Source of the DNA: Burkholderiales bacterium
GTDB lineage: Bacteria > Pseudomonadota > Gammaproteobacteria > Burkholderiales > SG8-39
Reading direction: 5' to 3'
DNA length: 64,000 bases
NCBI GenBank assembly: GCA_035649875.1
Contig: DASRIR010000382.1
Span: 7,062 to 71,061, forward strand
The notes below the pieces were generated by a model. The model did not search any database, was not told where the DNA came from, and was given only the letters and a program-made list of their open reading frames with translations. Positions within the stretch are counted from its first letter, which is position 1, and every line of letters begins with the position of its first letter. Made by a program: the position numbers and the translations under genes. This document shows, piece after piece, positions 1 to 8,832 of this stretch.

Positions 1-1351
1 TGTTGGCCGCGATCGAGCGGTGCAGGAGCGAGGTGTCCTGCGTGACCATGCCGATCGCCGCGCGCAGGCTCTCCTGCGTCACCTTCCCGATGTCCTGCTC
101 GTCGATCAGGATTCTGCCGCCTTCGGCGTCGTAGAACCGCAGCAGCAAGTTGACCAGCGTGGACTTGCCCGCGCCCGAGCGCCCGACGAGACCGACGCGC
201 TCGCCGGGCTTCACGGACAGATTCAGGTTGTTCAGGACGGGCGAGGCATCCCTGCGCCCGTAACCGAACATCACGTTCTCGAAGCGGATCTCGCCGCGCG
301 ACACTTCGAGCGGGCGCGCCGCCGGGCGGTCGGTGCCCGAGTGCGGTACGGCGATCGACTGCATGCCTTCCTGCACCACGCCCACGTTCTCGAAAATCGC
401 GGTCACTTCCCAGCTCACCCAGCCTGCCACGTTGGAGAGCTGCCATGCGAGGGGCAGCGCGGCCGCGACGACACCGGCGTTGACGGCGCCTTGCGCCCAG
501 AGCCAGATGCCGATCGCGGCGGTCGCGACCAGCAGCGCCGCGTTCAGCGCCGTGAGCAGGAAATGGAACCGCGTCATCACGCGCATGTGGCGCCGCATCG
601 CGGCGCCGTGCTCGTCGATCGACTCGCGCACGTAGCTGTCCTCGTCGGCCATGCGCGCGAAGAGCTTCACCGTCAGCACGTTGGTGTAGCTGTCGACCAC
701 GCGCGCCATCACCAGCGAGCGCGCCTCCGAGCTCAGGCGCGAGAGATCGCGCATGCGCGGCACGAAGAAGAAGAGCAGCGCGACGTACCCCGTGAACCAG
801 GCGAGCGTCGGCAGCCCGAGCCGCCAGTCGGCCGCCGCCATCAGCATGAGCGCGATCGCGCCGTAGGCGCCGATGTACCAGACCGCGCGGATGCTCGCCA
901 TCACGCTGTCGCGCAGCGCGTGCGCGGTCTGCATCACGCGGTTCGCGATGCGGCCGGCGAAATCGTTCTGGAAGAACGGCCAGCTCTGCCGGATCACGTG
1001 CCAGTGGCTTTGCCAGCGGATCAGGCAGGTCGCGCCCGGAATGAGGATCATGTGGCGGATCGCGATGTCCGCGAGCAGCACGAGCGGCCGCACCACCAGC
1101 ACGAGCGCGACCATGGCGACGAGCATCGGCCACTGCTCACGCAGCGCCGCCATGCGGTGGGTCGCCTCCATGAGCGACACCAGGCGACCGATGAAAAGCG
1201 GGATCACGGTGTCGAGCGCCGCGACCGCCAGGCTCGCCCCGAACATCGCCGCGTACCAGCCCTTGGTCTGGCGCACGAAGTGCCAGTAGAAGGCGAGCAG
1301 GCCGGCCGGAGGCGCGCCCGTCCCGGGGCTCGCGGTGCCTTGAATGCGCAT
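1..1351 (-). CDS. ABC transporter, fused permease/ATP-binding protein (MsbA/multidrug-exporter type); 3' end cut by window edge
   Basis: Absent from the ORF track because it runs off the window. The reverse complement from the ATG at 1351-1349 reads MRIQGTASPG..LLAFYWHFVRQTKGWYAAMF, followed by a hydrophobic TM region. The reverse complement of ~157-195 gives VGLVGRSGAGKST (Walker A), then ILIDEQDIGKVTQESLRAAIGMVTQD. The 20..1438 plus ORF is its antisense shadow. Confidence 0.85.
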   Translation of the reverse strand, partial: MRIQGTASPGTGAPPAGLLAFYWHFVRQTKGWYAAMFGASLAVAALDTVIPLFIGRLVSLMEATHRMAALREQWPMLVAMVALVLVVRPLVLLADIAIRHMILIPGATCLIRWQSHWHVIRQSWPFFQNDFAGRIANRVMQTAHALRDSVMASIRAVWYIGAYGAIALMLMAAADWRLGLPTLAWFTGYVALLFFFVPRMRDLSRLSSEARSLVMARVVDSYTNVLTVKLFARMADEDSYVRESIDEHGAAMRRHMRVMTRFHFLLTALNAALLVATAAIGIWLWAQGAVNAGVVAAALPLAWQLSNVAGWVSWEVTAIFENVGVVQEGMQSIAVPHSGTDRPAARPLEVSRGEIRFENVMFGYGRRDASPVLNNLNLSVKPGERVGLVGRSGAGKSTLVNLLLRFYDAEGGRILIDEQDIGKVTQESLRAAIGMVTQDTSLLHRSIAAN

Positions 1352-1500
1352 TGGAAAGACCTTCAGCTGGGTTTCAACTTTCTAAGGCAGAACAATATCA
1401 TGCGGTGGCGTCTTGATGTTCTTCCGCGCGTGGAATGACGCGTCGGTTGTCGGCGTTTATTCATTGCGGCTAGCATCGGACGCCCAACTCTGGAGGAGCA

Positions 1501-2382
1501 ATGACCGCCATCACCCAGCCGGAAATCGACCAGCAGGTATTCGACCTTTACGACGAGTATTGCCACGGCCGCATCGACCGTCGCGAGTTCCTGAGACGCG
1601 CTGGCGCGATGGGCGCCGCCGCGCTGGTGATGGCCCAGGGACTGCTCCCGAACTATGCGAAGGCGCAGACCATTTCTTTTACGGACTCGCGGATAAAAGC
1701 GAGCTACGTCACCTACCCGTCGCCCGGGGGCAACAGCGACAAGATCCGCGGTTACCTGGTGCAGCCGGCGGGCAACGGGCCGTGGCCGGCGGTGCTGGTG
1801 ATCCACGAAAACCGGGGCCTGAACCCTTACATCGAAGACGTGGCGCGGCGCGCGGCCATCGCGGGCTTTCTGGCGCTTGCGCCCGATGGCCTCTCACCGC
1901 TCGGCGGGTATCCGGGTAACGACGACGAGGGGCGGGCTCTGCAGACGAAGCTTGACCAGGCGAAGTTACGCACCGACATGCTGAACGGCGCCAGGTTCAT
2001 CAAACAACATCCATTGTCTACAAAGAAGCTGGGCGCAACGGGCTTCTGCTGGGGCGGTGGCACCACGAACTTCCTCGCCGCCGCGATGGGCAGCGACCTC
2101 CAGGCGGGCGCCCCGTACTACGGCGCGGCGGCCGAGACGGCGTCAGTGTCGAAGATCAAGGCGCCGCTTCTCGTGCACCTCGCCGAGCAGGACCCGCGCA
2201 TCAACGAGATGTACCCGACCTACGAGCAGGAGCTGAAGAAGGCGGGCGTGCGCTACGAGATCCACTCATATCCTGGCACGCAGCACGGCTTCCACAACGA
2301 CTCCACGCCGCGCTTCAACGAGGCGGCGGCGAAACTCTCCTGGGAGCGGACGATTGCGTTCTTCAAGAAGAACCTGGCTTAG
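1501..2382 (+). CDS. dienelactone hydrolase family protein with Tat-type signal
   Basis: ATG preceded by GGAGGAGCA. N-terminus has RREFLRRAGAMGAAALVMA (twin-arginine-like). VIHENRGLNPYIEDVARR and GFCWGGG are typical DLH-family motifs. Confidence 0.85.
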   Translation: MTAITQPEIDQQVFDLYDEYCHGRIDRREFLRRAGAMGAAALVMAQGLLPNYAKAQTISFTDSRIKASYVTYPSPGGNSDKIRGYLVQPAGNGPWPAVLVIHENRGLNPYIEDVARRAAIAGFLALAPDGLSPLGGYPGNDDEGRALQTKLDQAKLRTDMLNGARFIKQHPLSTKKLGATGFCWGGGTTNFLAAAMGSDLQAGAPYYGAAAETASVSKIKAPLLVHLAEQDPRINEMYPTYEQELKKAGVRYEIHSYPGTQHGFHNDSTPRFNEAAAKLSWERTIAFFKKNLA

Positions 2383-3328
2383 GCTGCTGGCGGCTGTCGC
2401 GCTGGCCCCGGGGCTGGCGTGGGGGCAGGCTTATCCCAGCAAGCCGGTCAAGATCATCGTGCCGGCGCAGCCGGGAGGCGGCCTCGACCTCATCGGCCGC
2501 ACGATCGGCGACCAGCTGAGCCGCGCCTTCGATCAGTCCTTCGTGATCGAGAACATCGGCGGGGGCGGGGGGTCGATTGCCTGCCAGACGACGGCGCGCG
2601 CCGCGCCGGACGGCTACACGCTGATGGTGGGTTACGTGGCGACGCACGCCACGAGCCCCGCGGTGCGCAAAGTGCCCTACGACGCGATCAAGGACTTCAC
2701 GCCGATCGCGATGGTCGGCGGCACGCGCAATATGCTGGTGGTGCATCCCAACGTGCCGGTATCGGACCTGAAGGGCTTCATCGAGTTCGCGAAGAACAAG
2801 GCGGCGAAGGTGACCTTCGGCGCGGGCGGCATCGGCACGCTCAACCATCTGCTGATCGAGCAGCTCAAGGTGGCCGCCGGCTTCGACGCGGTGATCGTGC
2901 AATACAAGGGCATCGGGCCGTCGTTCGCCGACATGCTCGGCGGGCAGCTCGAGGCGATGACGCCCGGCGTCGCGGCGGCGCTGCCGCACATCCGCTCGAA
3001 AAAGGTGAAGCCGATCGCAGTCACCGGCCTGTCGCGCCACGCCTTGCTGCCGGACGTGCCGACATTCGAGGAGTCGGGCTTCAAGGGCTTCGACGGGGTG
3101 CAGTGGTACGGCATCGTCGGCCCGGCGAAGATGCGCCCGGAGATCGTTCAGCGCCTGAACGCCGAGATCGGTAAAGCGCTCGCCGCGCCCGCACTGCAGC
3201 AGCGGCTCGTGGCCGAGGCGATCGAGCCGATGCCGATGACCCCCGACGAATTCGGCCGGTTCATCCAGGCCGAGCTCGCGCGCTACACCCAGCTCGCGAA
3301 AGCGCAGAACATCAGGCTTGACGAATAA
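2354..3328 (+). CDS. Bug-family (TctC-like) tripartite tricarboxylate transporter substrate-binding protein
   Basis: TTG start. Signal peptide LLAAVALAPGLAWGQ is followed by AYPSKPVKIIVPAQPGGGLDLIGR, the hallmark Bug N-terminus. Overlaps the upstream gene by 29 nt. No tctA/tctB gene adjacent. Confidence 0.85.
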   Translation: MRSSRRTWLRLLAAVALAPGLAWGQAYPSKPVKIIVPAQPGGGLDLIGRTIGDQLSRAFDQSFVIENIGGGGGSIACQTTARAAPDGYTLMVGYVATHATSPAVRKVPYDAIKDFTPIAMVGGTRNMLVVHPNVPVSDLKGFIEFAKNKAAKVTFGAGGIGTLNHLLIEQLKVAAGFDAVIVQYKGIGPSFADMLGGQLEAMTPGVAAALPHIRSKKVKPIAVTGLSRHALLPDVPTFEESGFKGFDGVQWYGIVGPAKMRPEIVQRLNAEIGKALAAPALQQRLVAEAIEPMPMTPDEFGRFIQAELARYTQLAKAQNIRLDE

Positions 3329-3638
3329 GGCCTCGCGCCGGCCAAACGTCCTCGTGGTGGGCGATCACCACGATACGGTTGTGAACCTCGGCATCCTTCT
3401 GCGCAGCGAAGGCGTCAACGTGCGTCTCGCTACCGGGGCGGTCGAGGTACCCGCCGCAACGGAGGATTTCAAGCCGGACGTGGTGCTGCTCGACGTGCCG
3501 ACCGCAGCCGGTGCGCGCGCGGTTGCGCAGGAGCTGATGAAAAGCTGCGGGCCGCGCGTGCCGACGCTGCGCCACGTGAAAAAGCCCATCGATCCGGACG
3601 CGGTCCTTAAGGTCGTCCTGTCGGTTGCGTTGAAGTAG
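3318..3638 (+). CDS. short, degenerate receiver (REC)-like single-domain protein
   Basis: NVLVVGDHHD replaces the canonical DD pair. DVVLLDV keeps a candidate phospho-acceptor Asp, and KKPIDPDAV resembles the conserved K-P. The beta4-alpha4 stretch seems to be missing (106 aa). High GC3 supports coding. TTG start overlaps the Bug gene stop. Confidence 0.45.
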   Translation: MTNKASRRPNVLVVGDHHDTVVNLGILLRSEGVNVRLATGAVEVPAATEDFKPDVVLLDVPTAAGARAVAQELMKSCGPRVPTLRHVKKPIDPDAVLKVVLSVALK

Positions 3639-3725
3639 GGGAGTCCCTACACGATCGGAAAGATCTGTCAGCGCAATGCTTTTTCGCACAGCGCGCCGGA
3701 TGGCCGGCTGCTACCTTTTCCGGCC

Positions 3726-3956
3726 ATGGGGGAGATCCGGAAACAACGCCTGCTGAAGAGCGCCGCCGACCTGATCGGGCGCGACGCGCTCGCAGCGCGC
3801 CTGAAGGTCGCCGAGTCGCTGCTCGAGGCCTGGATCAACGGCCACGCCACGCTGCCCGATCGCAAGCTGATCGCGCTCGCCGAAGTGCTCGACGAGCTCG
3901 CCGATACTGTCAGCTCGAAGCCGAAGCCGTCATCACTACTGGAGCGTGATCGCTAG
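3726..3956 (+). CDS. small hypothetical protein with possible XRE-like helix-turn-helix
   Basis: 76 aa with high GC3 through most of the ORF. The pattern LAARLKVAESLLEAWINGHATLPDRKLIALAEVL resembles an HTH_XRE helix2-turn-helix3 layout. The 3' end overlaps the xth 3' end by 47 nt. Confidence 0.45.
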   Translation: MGEIRKQRLLKSAADLIGRDALAARLKVAESLLEAWINGHATLPDRKLIALAEVLDELADTVSSKPKPSSLLERDR

Positions 3957-4662
3957 TTCCGACGTCGGCCTGGACCACGCAGGTCTGGGCACGCGCGGCG
4001 AGCGCAGGTGAAGCGAGCACGTAGTCCAGGCGCCAGCCGATGTTGCGCTGGCGCATGTTCCGCCACGGTGCCCACCAGGTAAACATGTCCGCGTTGTCGG
4101 GCTGAAGCTTGCGGCCGACATCGACGAGCGAGTCTCCCAGCAATTCGGCGAACAGCTCGCGTTCCTCCGGCCGCTGGCCAACGAGCATGGGCTTGCGCTC
4201 CCGGGGATGGACGTCCATCTCGGTGCGCGTGATGTTCATGTCTCCGCAGAGGAGGACCTCGCGTCCTTCCTGGTGCAGCCGCCGGGTCCAGGCGATCAGC
4301 CGCTTCACGAAATCGATCTTCGCCGGGTAGTCCTTGTTGCCGTTCGGCACGTAGACCGAGGCGAGCACCAGCCGGCCGAGCTGTGCCTGCACGATGCGCG
4401 ACTCCATGTCGAACTCGGGATGGGCGAACTGGGGCTCCGTTTCAAACGCGCCTTTCCGGATATGGAGCGATACGCCGGAATACGCGCGCATGCCGTGCCA
4501 GAAGGTGTGGTAATCCGCGACCTTGCACTGCTCCGGGATCTGTCCCGGCTCGGCCTTCAGCTCCTGGAGGCAAACCACGTCCGGTCGGTCGCGCGCCAGC
4601 CACTCGCAGAACTGCGCCTGGCGCGCGCGGATGCCGTTGACGTTCCAGGTTGCGATTTTCAT
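3910..4662 (-). CDS. xth: exodeoxyribonuclease III
   Basis: MKIATWNVNGIRAR...PDVVCLQELK...WTWWAPW..SDHAPV are classic ExoIII/AP-endonuclease motifs over the full length (250 aa). Confidence 0.93.
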   Translation of the reverse strand: MKIATWNVNGIRARQAQFCEWLARDRPDVVCLQELKAEPGQIPEQCKVADYHTFWHGMRAYSGVSLHIRKGAFETEPQFAHPEFDMESRIVQAQLGRLVLASVYVPNGNKDYPAKIDFVKRLIAWTRRLHQEGREVLLCGDMNITRTEMDVHPRERKPMLVGQRPEERELFAELLGDSLVDVGRKLQPDNADMFTWWAPWRNMRQRNIGWRLDYVLASPALAARAQTCVVQADVGTSDHAPVVMTASASS

Positions 4663-4676
4663 GAATACACTAGCTT

Positions 4677-6059
4677 ATGACACTTCGCGTGGCCGATTTG
4701 CCGGGCCCGCGCGGCTTGCCGATCCTCGGCAACGCGCTGCAGTTCGAGCGTTCGCGCATGCACCTTGTCGCCGAGGAGTGGAGCCGCAAATACGGCGAGT
4801 GCTTCCGCTTCCGCATCGGGCCGCGCCAGATCGTGGCGCTCGCCAACCCGGAAACCATCGCCGCGCTGCTGCGCGAGCGGCCCGACGGCTTCCGCCGCAC
4901 CGAGCGCCTGGGCGCGATCGCCGATGAGATGGGCTTCAACGGCGTGTTCTCGGCCGAGGGCGACGCGTGGCGCCGCCAGCGACCGATGGTGATGGCGAGC
5001 TTCGATCCGAAGCACATCAAGACCTACTTTCCCGCGCTGGTGAAGGTGACGCGGCGCTTCGAGCGGCGCTGGCAGCGTGCCACGGCGGCGGGCGCGGCGA
5101 TCGACCTGCAGGCCGACCTCATGCGCTACACGGTCGACGTCACCGCGGGACTCGCTTTCGGCTCGGACATCAACACGCTCGAGTCGGACGAAGAGGTGAT
5201 CCAGACCCACCTCGACAAGGTGTTCCCATCGCTCTTCAAGCGCATGGTGGCGCTGTTTCCGCTCTGGCGCTGGTTCAAGGACCGCACGCTGCAGGCGCAC
5301 CTCGACGCGCTGCAGCGCGCGGTTGGCGACTTCATCAGCCAGGCGCGCCGCCGGATGGAGGCGAACCCGCGGCTGCGCGAGCAGCCGACCAACCTGATCG
5401 AAGCGATGATTGCTGCGCGCGACAATCCGGACAGCGGCCTCACCGACTCGGACGTGGCCGGCAACGTGCTCACCATGCTCCTCGCGGGCGAGGACACCAC
5501 GGCGAACACGCTCGCGTGGATGACTTACCTGCTGTATCGCCACCCGGATGTGCTCGACAAGGCGCGCGCGGAGGTCGCGAGCAAGAATCTGGAGCGCTAC
5601 CAGGACCTCGCCGCACTGCCGTTCGTGGAGGCGTGCATCAACGAAACCATGCGCCTGAAGCCGGTGGCGCCGATCCTCATGCTGCAGCCCAGGCGCGACA
5701 CCGTGGTCGCGGGCATCGAGTTGCCAAAGGGAACGCTCCTCATGTGCCTGATGCGCGCGGGCGCGATCGACGAGCGACGCTTCGCGGACGCAGCGGCGTT
5801 CGACCCCGGGCGCTGGTTCTCGGGCACCTCCGCGGCCTCTTCCAAGCGCGTGTCCATGCCTTTCGGCGCCGGACCGCGGCTCTGCCCCGGACGCTACCTT
5901 GCGATGCTCGAGATGAAGATGGTGACTGCGATGCTGCTCTCGGCCTTCGAGATCGAGAGCGTGCGCACGCCGGACGGGGGCGAGGCGCGGGAGCACCTCG
6001 CCTTCACCATGTATCCCGTCGGGCTGCAGCTCAGGCTAAAAGCGAAGGCGACGGCTTAG
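4677..6059 (+). CDS. cytochrome P450
   Basis: 460 aa. Haem-thiolate loop FGAGPRLCPGRYLA, I-helix-like LLAGEDTTANTL and an ETMRL (ExxR) motif. No ferredoxin or reductase gene adjacent. Confidence 0.9.
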   Translation: MTLRVADLPGPRGLPILGNALQFERSRMHLVAEEWSRKYGECFRFRIGPRQIVALANPETIAALLRERPDGFRRTERLGAIADEMGFNGVFSAEGDAWRRQRPMVMASFDPKHIKTYFPALVKVTRRFERRWQRATAAGAAIDLQADLMRYTVDVTAGLAFGSDINTLESDEEVIQTHLDKVFPSLFKRMVALFPLWRWFKDRTLQAHLDALQRAVGDFISQARRRMEANPRLREQPTNLIEAMIAARDNPDSGLTDSDVAGNVLTMLLAGEDTTANTLAWMTYLLYRHPDVLDKARAEVASKNLERYQDLAALPFVEACINETMRLKPVAPILMLQPRRDTVVAGIELPKGTLLMCLMRAGAIDERRFADAAAFDPGRWFSGTSAASSKRVSMPFGAGPRLCPGRYLAMLEMKMVTAMLLSAFEIESVRTPDGGEAREHLAFTMYPVGLQLRLKAKATA

Positions 6060-7080
6060 CGTCGCCGCGCTCCACGCGCGTCACGATCTCGGCGAGCTTC
6101 TTGTGGCTCGGCGCGGGCACGCCGACCTCGGCGCCTTTGCGCGCGATGAAGCCGTTCATCGCGTCGATCTCGGTGCGCCGGCCCTTGAGGATGTCCTGCG
6201 CCATCGACGGGCGCTGGATGTCGCCGCGCGGGTTGGAGCCCGCCTTCGGCACGATGAGGGCCTCGAGCTCGGAAAAAGCCTTGGCATCCCCCTCGGCCGC
6301 TCGCAGGTAGAGCCGAGGCTCGGCGCCGCGGATCTTCTCAAGCTGGTAGCCGAGCGCCTCGCCGACGCGAATCCCCTCGGCGGCGAGGGCGATCTGGAAG
6401 CGCAGGATCGCGGGGTCGCGCAGGCATTCGCCGCCCGGCAGCCCGCTCGCCGCGCTCACGCCGTTGCCCATCGAGTTCTGCACCAGCTTCGACCAGCGCT
6501 CGCCCCAGAGGTTGGTGGTCGCCTTGGCGCTGTCGATGCCGCGGAACCACTCGACCAGCTCTTCCACGCGCGGCGTGATGCCGCCGTGCGGCTCGCCGAT
6601 GCGGAATACCGTGTGCTTGTCGCCGCCTTTCGCCGCCGTCTTGCGGATGCGGCCGGCCTCGTAGAGGTCGACCGAGATCATCGCAGCGATTGCCCCCACT
6701 ACGCGCCCCCAGCCGACCACGCCGGCGATGGTTTCCTCGTTCATGCAGTTCTGGAGCGACACGACGAAGCCGCGCTCCGAGAGATACGGTGCGATGAGCG
6801 CGGTCGCCCAGTGCGTGTCGTAGGACTTGACCGCGACCATCGCCACGTCGACCGGCGTCTTGATCAGCGACTGCACTTCCATCAGGTGCAGGATCTTCGG
6901 CCGCGCGGTGAACTTCTCTTCCGGTGTGAGCCCGTCGAGCTCGAGGCCGCGGCTGCGGATCGCTTCGACGTGCTGCGGCCAGGGGTCGATGAGCGTGATG
7001 TCGTGGCCGAGGTGGGCGAGGGTGCCGCCGACATAGCCGCCGAGCGCGCCCGCGCCGACGATTGCGATCCGTTTTTTCAT
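6031..7080 (-). CDS. ketopantoate reductase (PanE/ApbA) family oxidoreductase
   Basis: MKKRIAIVGAGALGGYVGGTLAHLGHDITLIDPW is a Rossmann N-terminus of ApbA-family length (349 aa). Its 3' end overlaps the P450 3' end by 29 nt. Confidence 0.8.
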   Translation of the reverse strand: MKKRIAIVGAGALGGYVGGTLAHLGHDITLIDPWPQHVEAIRSRGLELDGLTPEEKFTARPKILHLMEVQSLIKTPVDVAMVAVKSYDTHWATALIAPYLSERGFVVSLQNCMNEETIAGVVGWGRVVGAIAAMISVDLYEAGRIRKTAAKGGDKHTVFRIGEPHGGITPRVEELVEWFRGIDSAKATTNLWGERWSKLVQNSMGNGVSAASGLPGGECLRDPAILRFQIALAAEGIRVGEALGYQLEKIRGAEPRLYLRAAEGDAKAFSELEALIVPKAGSNPRGDIQRPSMAQDILKGRRTEIDAMNGFIARKGAEVGVPAPSHKKLAEIVTRVERGDAKPSPSLLA

Positions 7081-7109
7081 GGAGGAATCATAAGCGTTAG
7101 ACTCGCTTC

Positions 7110-7943
7110 GTGGACGTTCAGCCTCTTGCGGGCGCGCTCGGCGCCGAGATCCGGGGAGTCGACCTGCGGCAGGACCGGGACTGGCCTGCGATCCATGCCG
7201 CCTTCCTGGAGTATTCGGTCCTGGCCATCCGCGACCAGGAGCTCGAGCCCGCCGACCTGATGCGCGTCGGCGCGCATTTCGGCGAGCCCTGCCACTATCC
7301 GTTCGTCACCGGCATCGAGGGCTTCCCGTTCATTTTCGAGGTGGTGAAGGAGGAGAGCGAAACCGTCAATTTCGGCGGCAACTGGCACTCGGACACCACC
7401 TATCTGGCGCAGCCGCCGCTCGCGACGCTGCTTTACGCGCTCGAGACGCCGACGCACGGTGGCGACACGCTGTTTACGAATACGCAAAAGGCTTATGAAG
7501 CATTGTCAGAGGGCATGCGCGCGCTCGTGGACCAGCTGGTCGGCGTGAACAGCGCGAGCCTGAAAGTCACCGGCGGGCGGCGCAAGATACACGCACCGGC
7601 GAACGTCGGCGGCATGAAGATCCACGATATCGAAAACGCCGACGGATACGAGGCCGAGCACCCGGTGGTGCGCACGCATCCGGAAACGGGGCGCAAGGCG
7701 CTCTATCTCTCGCGCAGCCACACCATCCGCTTTCGCGACATGAGCGAGGAGGAGAGCCGCCCGCTCATCGACTTCCTGCAGGCGCACCAGACGCGCCCCG
7801 AGTTCACCTGCCGCGTGCGCTGGTCGCCGGGAACGCTCACCATCTGGGACAACCGCTGCACCCAGCACAACGCGGTGAACGACTACCACGGCCAGCGCCG
7901 CCGCATGCGGCGCTTGACCGTAGGGGCGCAAACCCCGAGATAG
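7110..7943 (+). CDS. TauD/TfdA-family Fe(II)/2-oxoglutarate dioxygenase
   Basis: GTG start. LAGALGAEIRGVDL N-terminus, WHSDTTYLAQPPLATLLYALETPTHGGDTLF (HxD facial-triad context) and C-terminal RRMRRLTV. Confidence 0.88.
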   Translation: MDVQPLAGALGAEIRGVDLRQDRDWPAIHAAFLEYSVLAIRDQELEPADLMRVGAHFGEPCHYPFVTGIEGFPFIFEVVKEESETVNFGGNWHSDTTYLAQPPLATLLYALETPTHGGDTLFTNTQKAYEALSEGMRALVDQLVGVNSASLKVTGGRRKIHAPANVGGMKIHDIENADGYEAEHPVVRTHPETGRKALYLSRSHTIRFRDMSEEESRPLIDFLQAHQTRPEFTCRVRWSPGTLTIWDNRCTQHNAVNDYHGQRRRMRRLTVGAQTPR

Positions 7944-8315
7944 CTACTTCAGCTTTTGCGCGAGGCGCGCCTGAAAGTCGCGGATGCGCCGCGCATTGGC
8001 GCCGAGGTCGCCTTTGCCGATGCGCGATTTCGAACGGATGTTCACCGTCACCGCTTGCCCATCCCGCGCGAGGCTGATCGTGACGTCGTCCTTGAAGCGC
8101 AGGATGCGCGTCGTAGCGACGGCCTGGATTTCGCCCTTTTCGGGCGATTGCGCGGTGACTTCGAGCGCCATCTCGCGCGCCGTCGCGGCCGCGGCGGCGA
8201 AGACCTGATCGAAGGGCTTTGCGAATCGCTGCGGCTGCAGCTCCGGATACTCGGCGGTGACGCCGGTGCGTACGTCGTTGATGGTCGGCCAGATAAAAGC
8301 GGCGGTCACGCGCAA
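7944..8315 (-). CDS. DUF1499-family protein (start uncertain, probably further upstream)
   Basis: C-terminal KSRIGKGDLGANARRIRDFQARL is typical of DUF1499. The first canonical start is TTG at 8315. The in-frame upstream codons (to ~8378) encode KRILIVVGAILGALIAL, a plausible N-terminal TM anchor with no ATG/GTG/TTG. Confidence 0.6.
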   Translation of the reverse strand: MRVTAAFIWPTINDVRTGVTAEYPELQPQRFAKPFDQVFAAAAATAREMALEVTAQSPEKGEIQAVATTRILRFKDDVTISLARDGQAVTVNIRSKSRIGKGDLGANARRIRDFQARLAQKLK

Positions 8316-8367
8316 TGCGATCAGCGCGCCGAGAATCGCGCCGACGACGATGAGGATGCGTTTCGTT

Positions 8368-8832
8368 CTATTTCTTATGGAGGTCGTCGACCCAGCGGAC
8401 TTCTTCGGGCTTCTCGGCGACCGGCAGGTCCGGCAGGTTGACGACCACCGGCTCCTGGCCGCTGCGGCAGAGCACGCAGGAAAGCGGCTCGGTATCGCTC
8501 GCGTTGATCTCCTGGTGCGGGACGTAGGGCGGGACGTAGATGAAGTCGCCAGGGCCGGCCTCGGCGACGAACTCGAGCTGCTCGCCCCAGCGCATGCGCG
8601 CCTTGCCGCTGACGACGTAGATGACGCTCTCGACCGGTCCGTGGTGGTGGGCGCCGGTCTTGGCCTTGGGATGGATCACGACCGTGCCTGCCCAAAGCTT
8701 CTCGGCGCCGGCGCGCGCCCGGGTGATCGCCGCCGCGCGATTCATGCCCGGCGTCTGCGGCGTGTTGATGTCGAGCTCGTTGGAGTGCACGACGCGCACG
8801 CCATCCAATTTCCACTTCACGTTTTGGCCCAT
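8368..8832 (-). CDS. cupin-domain protein
   Basis: I trimmed the 8368..9189 track ORF to the internal ATG at 8832 (MGQNVKWKLDG...). Cupin motifs GAHHHGPVESVIYVVSG and GDFIYVPPYVPHQEIN. The discarded N-terminal part overlaps glnS out of frame. Confidence 0.75.
   Translation of the reverse strand: MGQNVKWKLDGVRVVHSNELDINTPQTPGMNRAAAITRARAGAEKLWAGTVVIHPKAKTGAHHHGPVESVIYVVSGKARMRWGEQLEFVAEAGPGDFIYVPPYVPHQEINASDTEPLSCVLCRSGQEPVVVNLPDLPVAEKPEEVRWVDDLHKK

Noticed and set aside
20-1438. 472-aa plus-strand ORF rich in Arg, His and Asp
   Set aside because: It is the antisense shadow of a clearly recognisable ABC transporter on the minus strand. Its low-complexity Arg/His-rich translation is typical of out-of-frame or antisense reading of GC-rich coding DNA.
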